Positions 1-7,637 of a stretch of 64,000 nt of DNA are shown piece by piece (the stretch's first letter is position 1; every line of letters starts with the position of its first letter). The stretch comes from Candidatus Omnitrophota bacterium (GTDB lineage: Bacteria; Omnitrophota; Gorgyraeia; B26-G9). Under the pieces are notes generated by a model that saw only the letters and a list, made by a program, of their open reading frames with translations, was not told the origin of the DNA and made no database searches. The position numbers and the translations under genes are program-made. The stretch spans positions 363 through 64,362 of the forward strand of contig JAHITY010000070.1 of NCBI GenBank assembly GCA_018817165.1, given 5' to 3'.

Positions 1-116
1 AATAAGCAATACGCAAATCCCGCATCAAGAGTGTAGGACAATAATATTCATGCCTAGCCAGACAGCACATCTTATTTGATTTCTATATATTTAGGCTGAT
101 AACAAAGAAAGACAGT

Positions 117-1349
117 ATGAGCAATTTATCACATACAAAGGAACAAAATAATGACAGTTTTTATGGCTTGGGTATTGCCCCGCGAATTTTGGAGATTTTG
201 GAGGGTTTGAAGTTTAAATCGCCAACGCCGATCCAGTTTCAGGCAATTCCTTTGGCTATTGAAGGTAAGGATGTTGTGGGCATTGCCCAGACAGGTACAG
301 GCAAGACTCATTCTTTTGCTATTCCGATGGTTCAAGGTTTGGTTGGAAAAAAAGGGATCGGTCTTGTTTTAGCTCCGACCAGAGAGCTGGCAATGCAGAT
401 AGAAGAAGTCTTTCAGCTGATTGTTCCTTCTTTTAAAATGGAAGCAGTTTGTCTGATCGGCGGAGCACCAATGGATCCACAGGTAAAAGCTTTGCGGCGT
501 AATCCTAAAATTATTATCGCAACTCCTGGGCGTTTAATCGATCATATGAGCAATTGGAATGTATTGCCCCAGGAAGTGGAGATGCTGGTTTTAGATGAAG
601 CCGATAGAATGCTGGATATGGGATTTTTACCTCAGATAGAGTTGATCTTGCAGCATTTACCCAAAGAACGGCAAACAATGTTATTTTCCGCAACCATGCC
701 CAAAGAAATCGTGGGCATAGCTGCTAAATATATGCAATTGCCGGTTTCTGTAGAAATAGCGCCGGCTGGTACGACCGCGGATAATGTTACTCAGGAATTA
801 TATATTGTTAAAAAAAGCGCGAAAATGGATTTATTGCGTAAAGTGCTCGGTCAGTATCATGGTCCAGTATTGTTGTTTTCCCGGACAAAACATAATGCGA
901 CGCGCTTGGTTCGTGCTATTCGCGGTATGGGGCATCGTGCGGCAGAAATACATTCTGACCGTAGTCTTGACCAGAGGATGGAAGCTTTGGAAGGATTTAA
1001 ATCCGGTCAATATAAAGTGTTGGTAGCCACAGATATTGCTTCGCGGGGAATTGATGTTACAGGTATTGAATTGGTAATAAACTATGATATTCCGGATGAC
1101 GCCAGCAATTATGTTCATCGGATTGGCAGGACAGGCAGAGCGGGGCATAAAGGTCATGCGATTTCTTTTGCTATGCCGGAACAAAAGCGAGATGTTGAGG
1201 ATATTGAAAAACTTATTCAAGCAACTTTGCCGATTGCGAAACATCCTAAGATCCAGTCAGAGTCATTTATTAGCGAAACTCCAGGTAATTTTCAGCCGAA
1301 AAAAAAGACGAAAAGGCCTTCGCCATCTCCTCGTCGACTGAAGAAATAA
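117..1349 (+). CDS. DEAD-box ATP-dependent RNA helicase (RhlE-like)
   Basis: Q motif (PTPIQ), AQTGTGKT, PTRELA, TPGRL, DEAD, SAT and HRIGRTGRAG motifs. Confidence 0.95.
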   Translation: MSNLSHTKEQNNDSFYGLGIAPRILEILEGLKFKSPTPIQFQAIPLAIEGKDVVGIAQTGTGKTHSFAIPMVQGLVGKKGIGLVLAPTRELAMQIEEVFQLIVPSFKMEAVCLIGGAPMDPQVKALRRNPKIIIATPGRLIDHMSNWNVLPQEVEMLVLDEADRMLDMGFLPQIELILQHLPKERQTMLFSATMPKEIVGIAAKYMQLPVSVEIAPAGTTADNVTQELYIVKKSAKMDLLRKVLGQYHGPVLLFSRTKHNATRLVRAIRGMGHRAAEIHSDRSLDQRMEALEGFKSGQYKVLVATDIASRGIDVTGIELVINYDIPDDASNYVHRIGRTGRAGHKGHAISFAMPEQKRDVEDIEKLIQATLPIAKHPKIQSESFISETPGNFQPKKKTKRPSPSPRRLKK

Positions 1350-1437
1350 ACTGCAAATTTCTCTCGTTTTATTGGTAAATATCAATTAAGCAGGAAATAT
1401 TTTTAATTGACCAAGAGAATCTATTTTTTTAATTAAG

Positions 1438-1466
1438 TTGACAAGCTAGGGCAATGAGCGCATACT
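1438..1466 (+). promoter_or_regulatory. sigma70-type promoter upstream of cspA
   Basis: TTGACA-N17-CATACT. Confidence 0.65.
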
Positions 1467-1502
1467 AAATTAAGTAGTAAATAAGGGAATTGAAGTCTTA
1501 GT

Positions 1503-1540
1503 CCGCAAGGTAAAAGAAATTCACCTTGCGGTTTTTTTTC
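1503..1540 (+). terminator. intrinsic terminator in the cspA leader (or helicase terminator)
   Basis: CCGCAAGGT-loop-ACCTTGCGG followed by T8. Confidence 0.75.
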
Positions 1541-1589
1541 TTTAGGCTATTATTTATTATAATTTAGAAAGAAGGAGGTGTAGTAAATA

Positions 1590-1790
1590 ATGGCAAAAGG
1601 AACAGTTAAATGGTTTAATGACCAAAAAGGTTATGGATTTATTGCTGCTGAGTCAGGTAATGATGTATTCGTGCATCATAATGCGATTCAGGGTGATGGC
1701 TATAAGTCTTTAAGTGAAGGGCAGGAAGTTGAGTTTGAAATTCAGCCAGGGCCAAAAGGCGATCAAGCCGCAAATGTAGTAAAAATATAA
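1590..1790 (+). CDS. cspA: cold-shock protein
   Basis: [14 protein letters not shown] (RNP1), DVFVH (RNP2); SD AAGGAGG. Confidence 0.95.
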   Translation: MAKGTVKWFNDQKGYGFIAAESGNDVFVHHNAIQGDGYKSLSEGQEVEFEIQPGPKGDQAANVVKI

Positions 1791-1801
1791 TTTGCATGCA
1801 G

Positions 1802-1836
1802 CAAGGCTCGAACATAAAGTTCGAGCCTTGTTTCTT
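1802..1836 (+). terminator. hairpin/terminator between the two csp genes
   Basis: perfect 12-bp stem CAAGGCTCGAAC/GTTCGAGCCTTG followed by TTTCTT. Confidence 0.65.
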
Positions 1837-1852
1837 AATAAGGAGATATGAT

Positions 1853-2062
1853 ATGCATAAAGGCAAAATAAATAAAGTTGTTCGTGATAGAGGTTTTGGC
1901 TTTATTGACGATACAGATGGAAGACAATTGTTTTTTCATCAGAGCAGTGTATCAGGAGTTGAATTTGATTCTTTAAGAGGAGAAGAACAGGTTGAGTTTG
2001 AAGTAGAAGATTCTCCTAAGGGGCCAAGGGCGATTAATGTAAAGATAATTGAACAAGCGTAA
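1853..2062 (+). CDS. cold-shock domain protein
   Basis: RGFGFI, LFFH, VEFEVEDSPKGPRA; start moved to ATG 1853 after SD AAGGAG. Confidence 0.9.
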   Translation: MHKGKINKVVRDRGFGFIDDTDGRQLFFHQSSVSGVEFDSLRGEEQVEFEVEDSPKGPRAINVKIIEQA

Positions 2063-2089
2063 TCTTTGATAATGTTTTGTTCTGATAGC

Positions 2090-2123
2090 AAAAAAGGGAT
2101 GACTTAGGTTGTCCCTTTTTTTT
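2090..2123 (+). terminator. intrinsic (likely bidirectional) terminator
   Basis: AAAAAGGGATGAC-TTAG-GTTGTCCC followed by T8. Confidence 0.8.
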
Positions 2124-2206
2124 ATTTAAATAATCAGTAAAAGGAATAATCTATAAGCTAATAATAAGAATGTTGTGAGGATTTAAATAATATTAGAGGA
2201 AATGAC

Positions 2207-2235
2207 TTGACAGTAGATTATCCATAGGGTATACT
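2207..2235 (+). promoter_or_regulatory. sigma70 promoter of fur
   Basis: TTGACA-N17-TATACT. Confidence 0.8.
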
Positions 2236-2246
2236 CTTATTAGTAG

Positions 2247-2261
2247 TGATAATCATTATCA
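2247..2261. promoter_or_regulatory. Fur box (autoregulatory)
   Basis: perfect 7-1-7 inverted repeat TGATAAT-C-ATTATCA between promoter and RBS. Confidence 0.85.
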
Positions 2262-2274
2262 ATAAGGAGCTAAG

Positions 2275-2739
2275 ATGCGCAGGGGTTGTGAGGAAGCAAG
2301 CGATGGATGCCATGGTAAATTTCGTGGATTTGGCTATCGGATGACCTTAGCTAGGCAGTCGATTTTAGATGTATTGAGCCGGACTTCAAAGCATTTGAGC
2401 GCGGAAGAAATATATCATGAAGTTTATAAAACGCATCCGACAAGCGGTCTGGCCACAGTTTATCGAACTGTTGAGCTATTGGTGCAAATTGGTTTGGTCA
2501 ATAAATTTGATTTTGGGGACAATCGGGCACGCTATGAACTTGAAATAGGCTCGGAACATAAAGCGCATCATCATCACTTAGTATGTATGAATTGTCGCAG
2601 AGTAATTGATTATACTGATTTTATTGAAGAAGAAGTAGAGTTATTATCGAAGACAGAAAAAGGCCTTTCTAAAAAATACAATTTTCAAATCAAAAAACAC
2701 ATTATCCAGTTTTATGGATTATGCGATAAATGCCAATAG
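2275..2739 (+). CDS. Fur-family transcriptional repressor
   Basis: HLSAEEIY, GLATVYRT, HHHHLVCxxC, C-terminal CxxC. Confidence 0.93.
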   Translation: MRRGCEEASDGCHGKFRGFGYRMTLARQSILDVLSRTSKHLSAEEIYHEVYKTHPTSGLATVYRTVELLVQIGLVNKFDFGDNRARYELEIGSEHKAHHHHLVCMNCRRVIDYTDFIEEEVELLSKTEKGLSKKYNFQIKKHIIQFYGLCDKCQ

Positions 2740-2762
2740 ACGAATAGAATATATTTTTTAAG

Positions 2763-2789
2763 CATTAATGAGAATGGTTCTCATTAATG
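2763..2789. promoter_or_regulatory. second Fur-box-like operator downstream of fur
   Basis: CATTAATGAGAA-TGG-TTCTCATTAATG palindrome with core TGAGAAT-G-GTTCTCA, preceded by a T6 tract. Confidence 0.7.
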
Positions 2790-2812
2790 TTCCGTAAGGA
2801 AGGCTTTAATAA

Positions 2813-2915
2813 TAATGAATCCGAAAGTGTCTGCTTGGCCGCAGCCATTTCGGACTAAATTCGCGCAGGTTGACTTGATGTCGCAAAGGTGCTCCATAAG
2901 TCAAGTGCGCATTTA
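2813..2915 (+). repeat. structured intergenic repeat F, copy 1
   Basis: TAATGAaTCCGAAAGT...TTTCGGACTAAATTC + hairpin + ATTTA; homologous copies at 3216-3293 and 42101-42201. Confidence 0.8.
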
Positions 2916-2930
2916 ATGGAGGTGAATACT

Positions 2931-3215
2931 ATGCCAGGATTTAATGGTACGGGTCCAAATGGTCAGGGTGCGTTTACAGGCGGAGGAAGAGGTTATTGCG
3001 TGGGTTATCTAAATGTTGCTGGTAGAGGTGCTCGATTTGGTAAAGGTTTGGGGCGCGGTTTTGGTCGGAAAAACTTAAATCGAGGTCGAGGTGGTCAATA
3101 TCAAGCGGATGCTAATCCTGCTTTGGAGGTTGAAGGTTTAAAAGAGCAGGCTCAGTTGATTCAGGAAGAGCTTGGAATGATTAATCAACGGATAAAGGAA
3201 TTGGAAAGTAAATAA
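2931..3215 (+). CDS. DUF5320-like Gly/Arg-rich protein
   Basis: MPGFNGTGPxGxGxxTGGGRGYC start and C-terminal coiled coil; SD GGAGGTG before ATG 2931. Confidence 0.85.
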   Translation: MPGFNGTGPNGQGAFTGGGRGYCVGYLNVAGRGARFGKGLGRGFGRKNLNRGRGGQYQADANPALEVEGLKEQAQLIQEELGMINQRIKELESK

Positions 3216-3293
3216 TAATGATTCCGAAAGTATCTGCTAGGCTGCAGCTATTTCGGGATAAATTCTCCCGCCGAACTTCGGCGGGATCATTTA
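3216..3293 (+). repeat. structured intergenic repeat F, copy 2
   Basis: TAATGATTCCGAAAGT...TTTCGGGATAAATTC + TCCCGCCG/CGGCGGGA hairpin + ATTTA. Confidence 0.8.
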
Positions 3294-3300
3294 GAGGAGG

Positions 3301-3720
3301 ATGATTTTGAAAGTAGCAATTTCCACAGATGGAGAGCAAGTATCAGCGCATTTTGGGCGTTGTCCCAGTTTTACGATAGCAGAAATTGACAATAATGAAA
3401 TTATAAACACAACGCTTATTGATAATCCTGGACATCATCCTGGATTTCTTCCTAAGTTTTTGCAGGAAAAGGGAGTGAACGCGATTATTGCCGGAGGCAT
3501 GGGGCAAAGGGCACAAATTTTATTTGAACAAAGTAATATCCAAACAATTATGGGTATTGCCGGGTCGATTAAGGCAGTGTTGGAAAAGCTGAGATCAGGT
3601 ACTTTGCAAGGAGGCGCTAGCTTATGTAATCCCGGAGCCGGTAAAGGTTATGGCATAGAAAAAACAGAATGTGATCATCCGAACGAAGATGATTGCGAAC
3701 ATGAAAAGGGGTCAAAATGA
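3301..3720 (+). CDS. NifB/NifX-family (MTH1175/orange protein-like) protein
   Basis: VSAHFGRC, HHPG, IIAGGMG motifs; Cys/His/acidic tail. Confidence 0.88.
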   Translation: MILKVAISTDGEQVSAHFGRCPSFTIAEIDNNEIINTTLIDNPGHHPGFLPKFLQEKGVNAIIAGGMGQRAQILFEQSNIQTIMGIAGSIKAVLEKLRSGTLQGGASLCNPGAGKGYGIEKTECDHPNEDDCEHEKGSK

Positions 3721-4082
3721 ATGTTTGTATTACGGCACAAGGTAAAGATTTAGATTGTATGGTAGATCCGCGTTTTGGTCGCTGTCAGTATTTTATCATT
3801 GCTGATACCGATAGTTTAGAGTTTGAAGTAGTAGTTAATCCGAATATGGATACTACTGGTGGGGCGGGCATCCAATCCGGGCAATTAATGGCGGAAAAGC
3901 AGGTTAAGGCAGTGCTTACGGGAAATGTCGGACCAAACGCGTTTCAAACCTTAAAAGCAGCGGGAATTGAGATCATTACCGGAGTATCGGGAAATATAAA
4001 AGAGGCAATTGAAAAATATAAAAATAATGGATTTAAAATAACTGATAGTCCTAGTGTTGATTCACATTTCGGTACAAAATAA
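3717..4082 (+). CDS. NifB/NifX-family (orange protein-like) protein
   Basis: DPRFGRC, GGAGIQ, TGNVGPNAF motifs. Confidence 0.88.
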   Translation: MNVCITAQGKDLDCMVDPRFGRCQYFIIADTDSLEFEVVVNPNMDTTGGAGIQSGQLMAEKQVKAVLTGNVGPNAFQTLKAAGIEIITGVSGNIKEAIEKYKNNGFKITDSPSVDSHFGTK

Positions 4083-4108
4083 TTAAAAAATTAAAGGGAG
4101 GGCTAGAT

Positions 4109-4312
4109 ATGAAAGAGCAAAGTTGTGAATTATTGGAAAAATGCGGATTTTTTCAAAAATATCAAAATACTAAAGAACTTGCTTGTAAGGGATTTATGAA
4201 TCGGTTTTGCAAAGGCCCAGAAATGAATGAATGTAAAAGAAAAGAGTATAGGCAGAAATATGGGTTTGCCCCATCGGATGATATGATGCCATCAGGTCAA
4301 ATGATTAGATAA
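4109..4312 (+). CDS. small Cys-rich hypothetical protein
   Basis: 67 aa with 5 Cys (CELLEKCGFF...C...FC...EC); SD GGGAGG. Confidence 0.7.
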   Translation: MKEQSCELLEKCGFFQKYQNTKELACKGFMNRFCKGPEMNECKRKEYRQKYGFAPSDDMMPSGQMIR

Positions 4313-4497
4313 AACGAATTATTATTTAAATGATCCTCTGCCGGTTCTAGAATAAATGTTGCGGATTTGGAGATTTTAGATCAATGCTTTAACGGAAATT
4401 TAGATTCAGCTAAAAAGTTTTTAGCTAAAGGTTTGAAAATACAACAGACAGTCAGCTTTACTCAAAACGTAATAATCGTCAGCCGGAGCAAATAACT

Positions 4498-5352
4498 ATG
4501 ATTATATCAGTGGCTAGTGGAAAAGGCGGGACAGGTAAAACAACAGTTGCGGTTAACTTGGCTTTGTCTTTGAATAATGTTCAGTTTCTTGATTGTGATG
4601 TTGAAGAACCCAATGCGCATATTTTTTTAAAGCCGATTATTGAAAAAGAGGAGAAAGCGTATATTTTAGTTCCGGAAGTTGACGAAGCTAAATGCAATTA
4701 TTGCGGTAAATGCCGGCAGGTATGCGCTTATAACGCTTTTGCTGTCTTACCTCCGCAAAATAATAAAAAAGGCAGCATTTTAGTGTTTACTGATTTATGT
4801 CATGGCTGCGGCGCATGCAGTTTTTTTTGTGAGCAGCAGGCAATAACCGAAGTTAAACATAAGATTGGAATTGTAGAATCAGGTTATGTCGGATCAATGC
4901 GTTTTGTTCAGGGGAAATTGGATATTGGCCAGGCTATGGCACCGCCTTTGATTCGGCAGGTAAAAGAGGCTATTGATTATGGTAAAACAGTGATTATTGA
5001 TGCTCCGCCTGGGACATCTTGCCCGGTTGTCAGCGCGGTTAAGGGAAGTGATTTTTGTCTTTTGGTCACAGAACCAACTCCGTTTGGTTTAAACGACTTG
5101 GTTTTGGCAGTTGAGGTATTAAGAAAGTTGCGTATTCCTTTTGGCGTGGTAATTAATCGGGCGGATTTAGGTGATAATAAAACTGAAGAATATTGCGCAG
5201 CGGAAAAAATACCAATATTAATGCGGATTCCATTTAAAAGAGAAATAGCAGAGGCTTATTCCCAGGGAAAAGTTATGGTTGAAGTATTCCCGGATTATAA
5301 AAAAAGATTTATTGATTTATTTGAAAAAATTCAAAGGATTGAGCAAGAGTAG
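4498..5352 (+). CDS. MinD/CobQ-like P-loop ATPase with inserted 2x[4Fe-4S] ferredoxin domain
   Basis: SGKGGTGKT, DCDVEEPN, two CxxCxxCxxxC motifs, DAPPGTSCP. Confidence 0.92.
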   Translation: MIISVASGKGGTGKTTVAVNLALSLNNVQFLDCDVEEPNAHIFLKPIIEKEEKAYILVPEVDEAKCNYCGKCRQVCAYNAFAVLPPQNNKKGSILVFTDLCHGCGACSFFCEQQAITEVKHKIGIVESGYVGSMRFVQGKLDIGQAMAPPLIRQVKEAIDYGKTVIIDAPPGTSCPVVSAVKGSDFCLLVTEPTPFGLNDLVLAVEVLRKLRIPFGVVINRADLGDNKTEEYCAAEKIPILMRIPFKREIAEAYSQGKVMVEVFPDYKKRFIDLFEKIQRIEQE

Positions 5353-5361
5353 GAGACGGTC

Positions 5362-5421
5362 ATGATTAAAACAACGGATATTTTGGTTTTAGGCGGCGGG
5401 GCAGCGGCAAGGAAAATATAA
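5362..5421 (+). pseudogene. 19-codon N-terminal remnant of an FAD-dependent oxidoreductase
   Basis: SD AGGAG + MIKTTDILVLGGGAAARKI*, matching the start of a Rossmann GxGxxG/A motif. Confidence 0.55.
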
Positions 5422-6285
5422 ATGAAACAAATATTGATAATCAGTGGTAAAGGCGGAACCGGTAAGACTGTTTTGACAGGGGCATTGGCAGCATTAGCTA
5501 CAAACAAAGTTATGGCGGATTGCGATGTGGATGCGGCGGATTTGCATCTTTTGCTTGCGCCAAACATTAAGCAAACGCATGAATTCCGCAGCGGCAAAAC
5601 AGCATTTTTAGATAAGAGCTTTTGCAAGCAATGTGGTAGATGTATTAATCTTTGCCGTTTTCAGGCAATCAATGAGAATTATCTGATTGATCCCATTGCC
5701 TGCGAGGGATGTGGCTTTTGCAGTTTTGCTTGTCCGCAAAACGCGATTAGTATGCAAGAAAATATTTGCGGGCATTGGTTTGTTTCTGATACGCGGTTTG
5801 GTGCTATGGTGCATGCTAAGCTGGGAATTGCTGAAGAGAATTCGGGAAAACTTGTGGCTTTGGTGCGTAAGCAAGCCAAGGATTTGGCGGAAAAAAATAA
5901 GTGTGATTGGGTGATTATTGATGGAGCTCCGGGCATTGGTTGTCCGGTTATCGCTTCTTTGTCTGGAATAGATTGCGCTCTAATTATTACTGAGCCAACG
6001 CTTTGCGGATTGCATGATGCGGCTAGGGTAATCGAAGTAGCGCGGCATTTTAGTGTGCCGGTGAGAATGGTTATAAATAAATATGATTTAAATATTTTAA
6101 TGTCAGAAACAATCGAAAAATACTGCAACGAGAATAATGTTGAGCTAATTGGGAAAATTAGTTTTGACAAATCAGTAGTTGCGGCAATGGTCGAGGGGAA
6201 AACGATTATTGAGTATAAGAATTGTTTGGCAAAAAAAGAGATTATTGCTATTTGGGAAAAACTAAAACAGGATTTGAATAATTAA
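5422..6285 (+). CDS. second MinD-like P-loop ATPase with ferredoxin domain
   Basis: SGKGGTGKT, DCDVDAADL, two CxxCxxCxxxC motifs, DGAPGIGCP. Confidence 0.92.
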   Translation: MKQILIISGKGGTGKTVLTGALAALATNKVMADCDVDAADLHLLLAPNIKQTHEFRSGKTAFLDKSFCKQCGRCINLCRFQAINENYLIDPIACEGCGFCSFACPQNAISMQENICGHWFVSDTRFGAMVHAKLGIAEENSGKLVALVRKQAKDLAEKNKCDWVIIDGAPGIGCPVIASLSGIDCALIITEPTLCGLHDAARVIEVARHFSVPVRMVINKYDLNILMSETIEKYCNENNVELIGKISFDKSVVAAMVEGKTIIEYKNCLAKKEIIAIWEKLKQDLNN

Positions 6286-6296
6286 ACGGGGTTAAG

Positions 6297-6677
6297 ATGC
6301 AAGATGACTTAGATTCTTATCCAAGAGAGTTTCAGGCTTTAGTAAAGCATCCCAAATGTTTTGGCAGGATGAACGCGCCGGATTGCTCAGCTATTATTAA
6401 AGGGCCTTGTGGTGATGAAATGGAATTTTATCTTAATATTGAAAAAGGGGTAATTAAGGAAATTAAATTTTATACAAACGGCTGTGAAGCAACAATTGCT
6501 TGCGGTGAAGTAACTGCCAGGTTAGCGAGAGGCAGAGATATTGATGCTGCTTTGGGAATTTCACCCAAACAGGTAAAAGATGTTTTAAAGGTGTTGCCAG
6601 TGGAACATAAGCATTGTGCTATTCTAGCGGTCACCACGCTTTATCGGGCGCTTGCTGAATATTTACTCCAGCCATAA
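6297..6677 (+). CDS. IscU/NifU N-terminal-like Fe-S scaffold protein
   Basis: GPCGDEM, GC, HKHCAILA conserved Cys triad. Confidence 0.88.
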   Translation: MQDDLDSYPREFQALVKHPKCFGRMNAPDCSAIIKGPCGDEMEFYLNIEKGVIKEIKFYTNGCEATIACGEVTARLARGRDIDAALGISPKQVKDVLKVLPVEHKHCAILAVTTLYRALAEYLLQP

Positions 6678-6699
6678 ACGAAAGGGAGCTTTGGGATGT

Positions 6700-7080
6700 A
6701 TGAAACAACCAATTGATTTTATGACTCAATTAACTGAGCATATTATCTGGAATGTCCGGCTACGCTGTTTTCTTGATGGAGGCGCGTGTATTAACGAAGA
6801 CCAGGCAGTTTCCAGCGAACGCTGCAGTCTGGGCCAGTGGCTGGCCCGAGAAGGTCTGAGTAAATATGGGCATATGGCGGCAATTAATGATTTGGACGCG
6901 ATACACAGCCAGATGCATAAACAAGTCAAGCAGATTATTATCGCAAAAAATTCCGGCAATGCCGTGGAGGCGGAAGCCGGGCTAATTATATTGCATAAAA
7001 TAAGTGAGAGGGTTATTGAACTTTTAACCGAACTTGACCGCAATTTTGATGAAACCAAGGAAGAGCGTTCCTTGGACTAA
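6700..7080 (+). CDS. stand-alone CZB (chemoreceptor zinc-binding) domain protein
   Basis: HxxW, CSLGQW, HxxMH zinc-ligand pattern. Confidence 0.8.
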   Translation: MKQPIDFMTQLTEHIIWNVRLRCFLDGGACINEDQAVSSERCSLGQWLAREGLSKYGHMAAINDLDAIHSQMHKQVKQIIIAKNSGNAVEAEAGLIILHKISERVIELLTELDRNFDETKEERSLD

Positions 7081-7165
7081 GTTTAATCAGAATAATAAAA
7101 ATATAATCTAGGGTTGAATAATTTTATTTCGATTTCGCTTATCAACATAAATAGGTAAGGAGGGA

Positions 7166-7525
7166 GTGATGAGTAAAGTTTTTGGGTATGAGTTAATTTT
7201 AAACCTGGAGGAATGCGATAAGAGTATAATTACTTCAAGCAAAAAATTAAAAAACTATGTTGATAAACTTTGTGATTTAATTGAAATGGAAAAATACGGG
7301 AAAACTCTGCTTCCATATTTTGGCGAACGCGCTGAATATACAAAGGGTTATTCTTTGGTACAGCTGATCGAAACATCGTCAATTGTCGGGCATTTTTCGG
7401 ATTTTTGGGGAACGGCCTATATTAATATATTTTCTTGCAAGTCATATGACGCTAATTTGGCAAAGAAGTTTACCAAGGAATATTTTGCGGCAAAACGGAT
7501 GAAGGCGCGGTTTCTTACTCGCTGA
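7166..7525 (+). CDS. S-adenosylmethionine decarboxylase-family proenzyme
   Basis: GYSLVQLIETSSIVGHF and INIFSCK motifs. Confidence 0.75.
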   Translation: MMSKVFGYELILNLEECDKSIITSSKKLKNYVDKLCDLIEMEKYGKTLLPYFGERAEYTKGYSLVQLIETSSIVGHFSDFWGTAYINIFSCKSYDANLAKKFTKEYFAAKRMKARFLTR

Positions 7526-7637
7526 ATTTTTATATTATGGCGGCTAAAACGAAGCCAAAAGATTTAACTTAATTTGATTTATTTAAGCTCTCGTGAGCTG
7601 AAAAGCTAAATCTTTCACATAAAAAATGGTTAATATA

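Noticed and set aside
2813-2915. Repeat F as a c-di-GMP-I riboswitch (contains CCGAAAG and CGGACTAAA)
   Set aside because: The GCAAA/GGGACGCAAAGC-type core is not in the required arrangement, and a third copy lies nested in another repeat with no gene downstream
4334-4495. 53-codon open frame before the first ATPase
   Set aside because: No convincing start, SD or recognisable motif; it may be a gene remnant but cannot be supported
3301-6677. NifB/NifX- and NifU-like genes as part of nitrogen fixation
   Set aside because: These families are common in non-diazotrophic anaerobes; here they sit under Fur boxes about 20 kb from the nif operon
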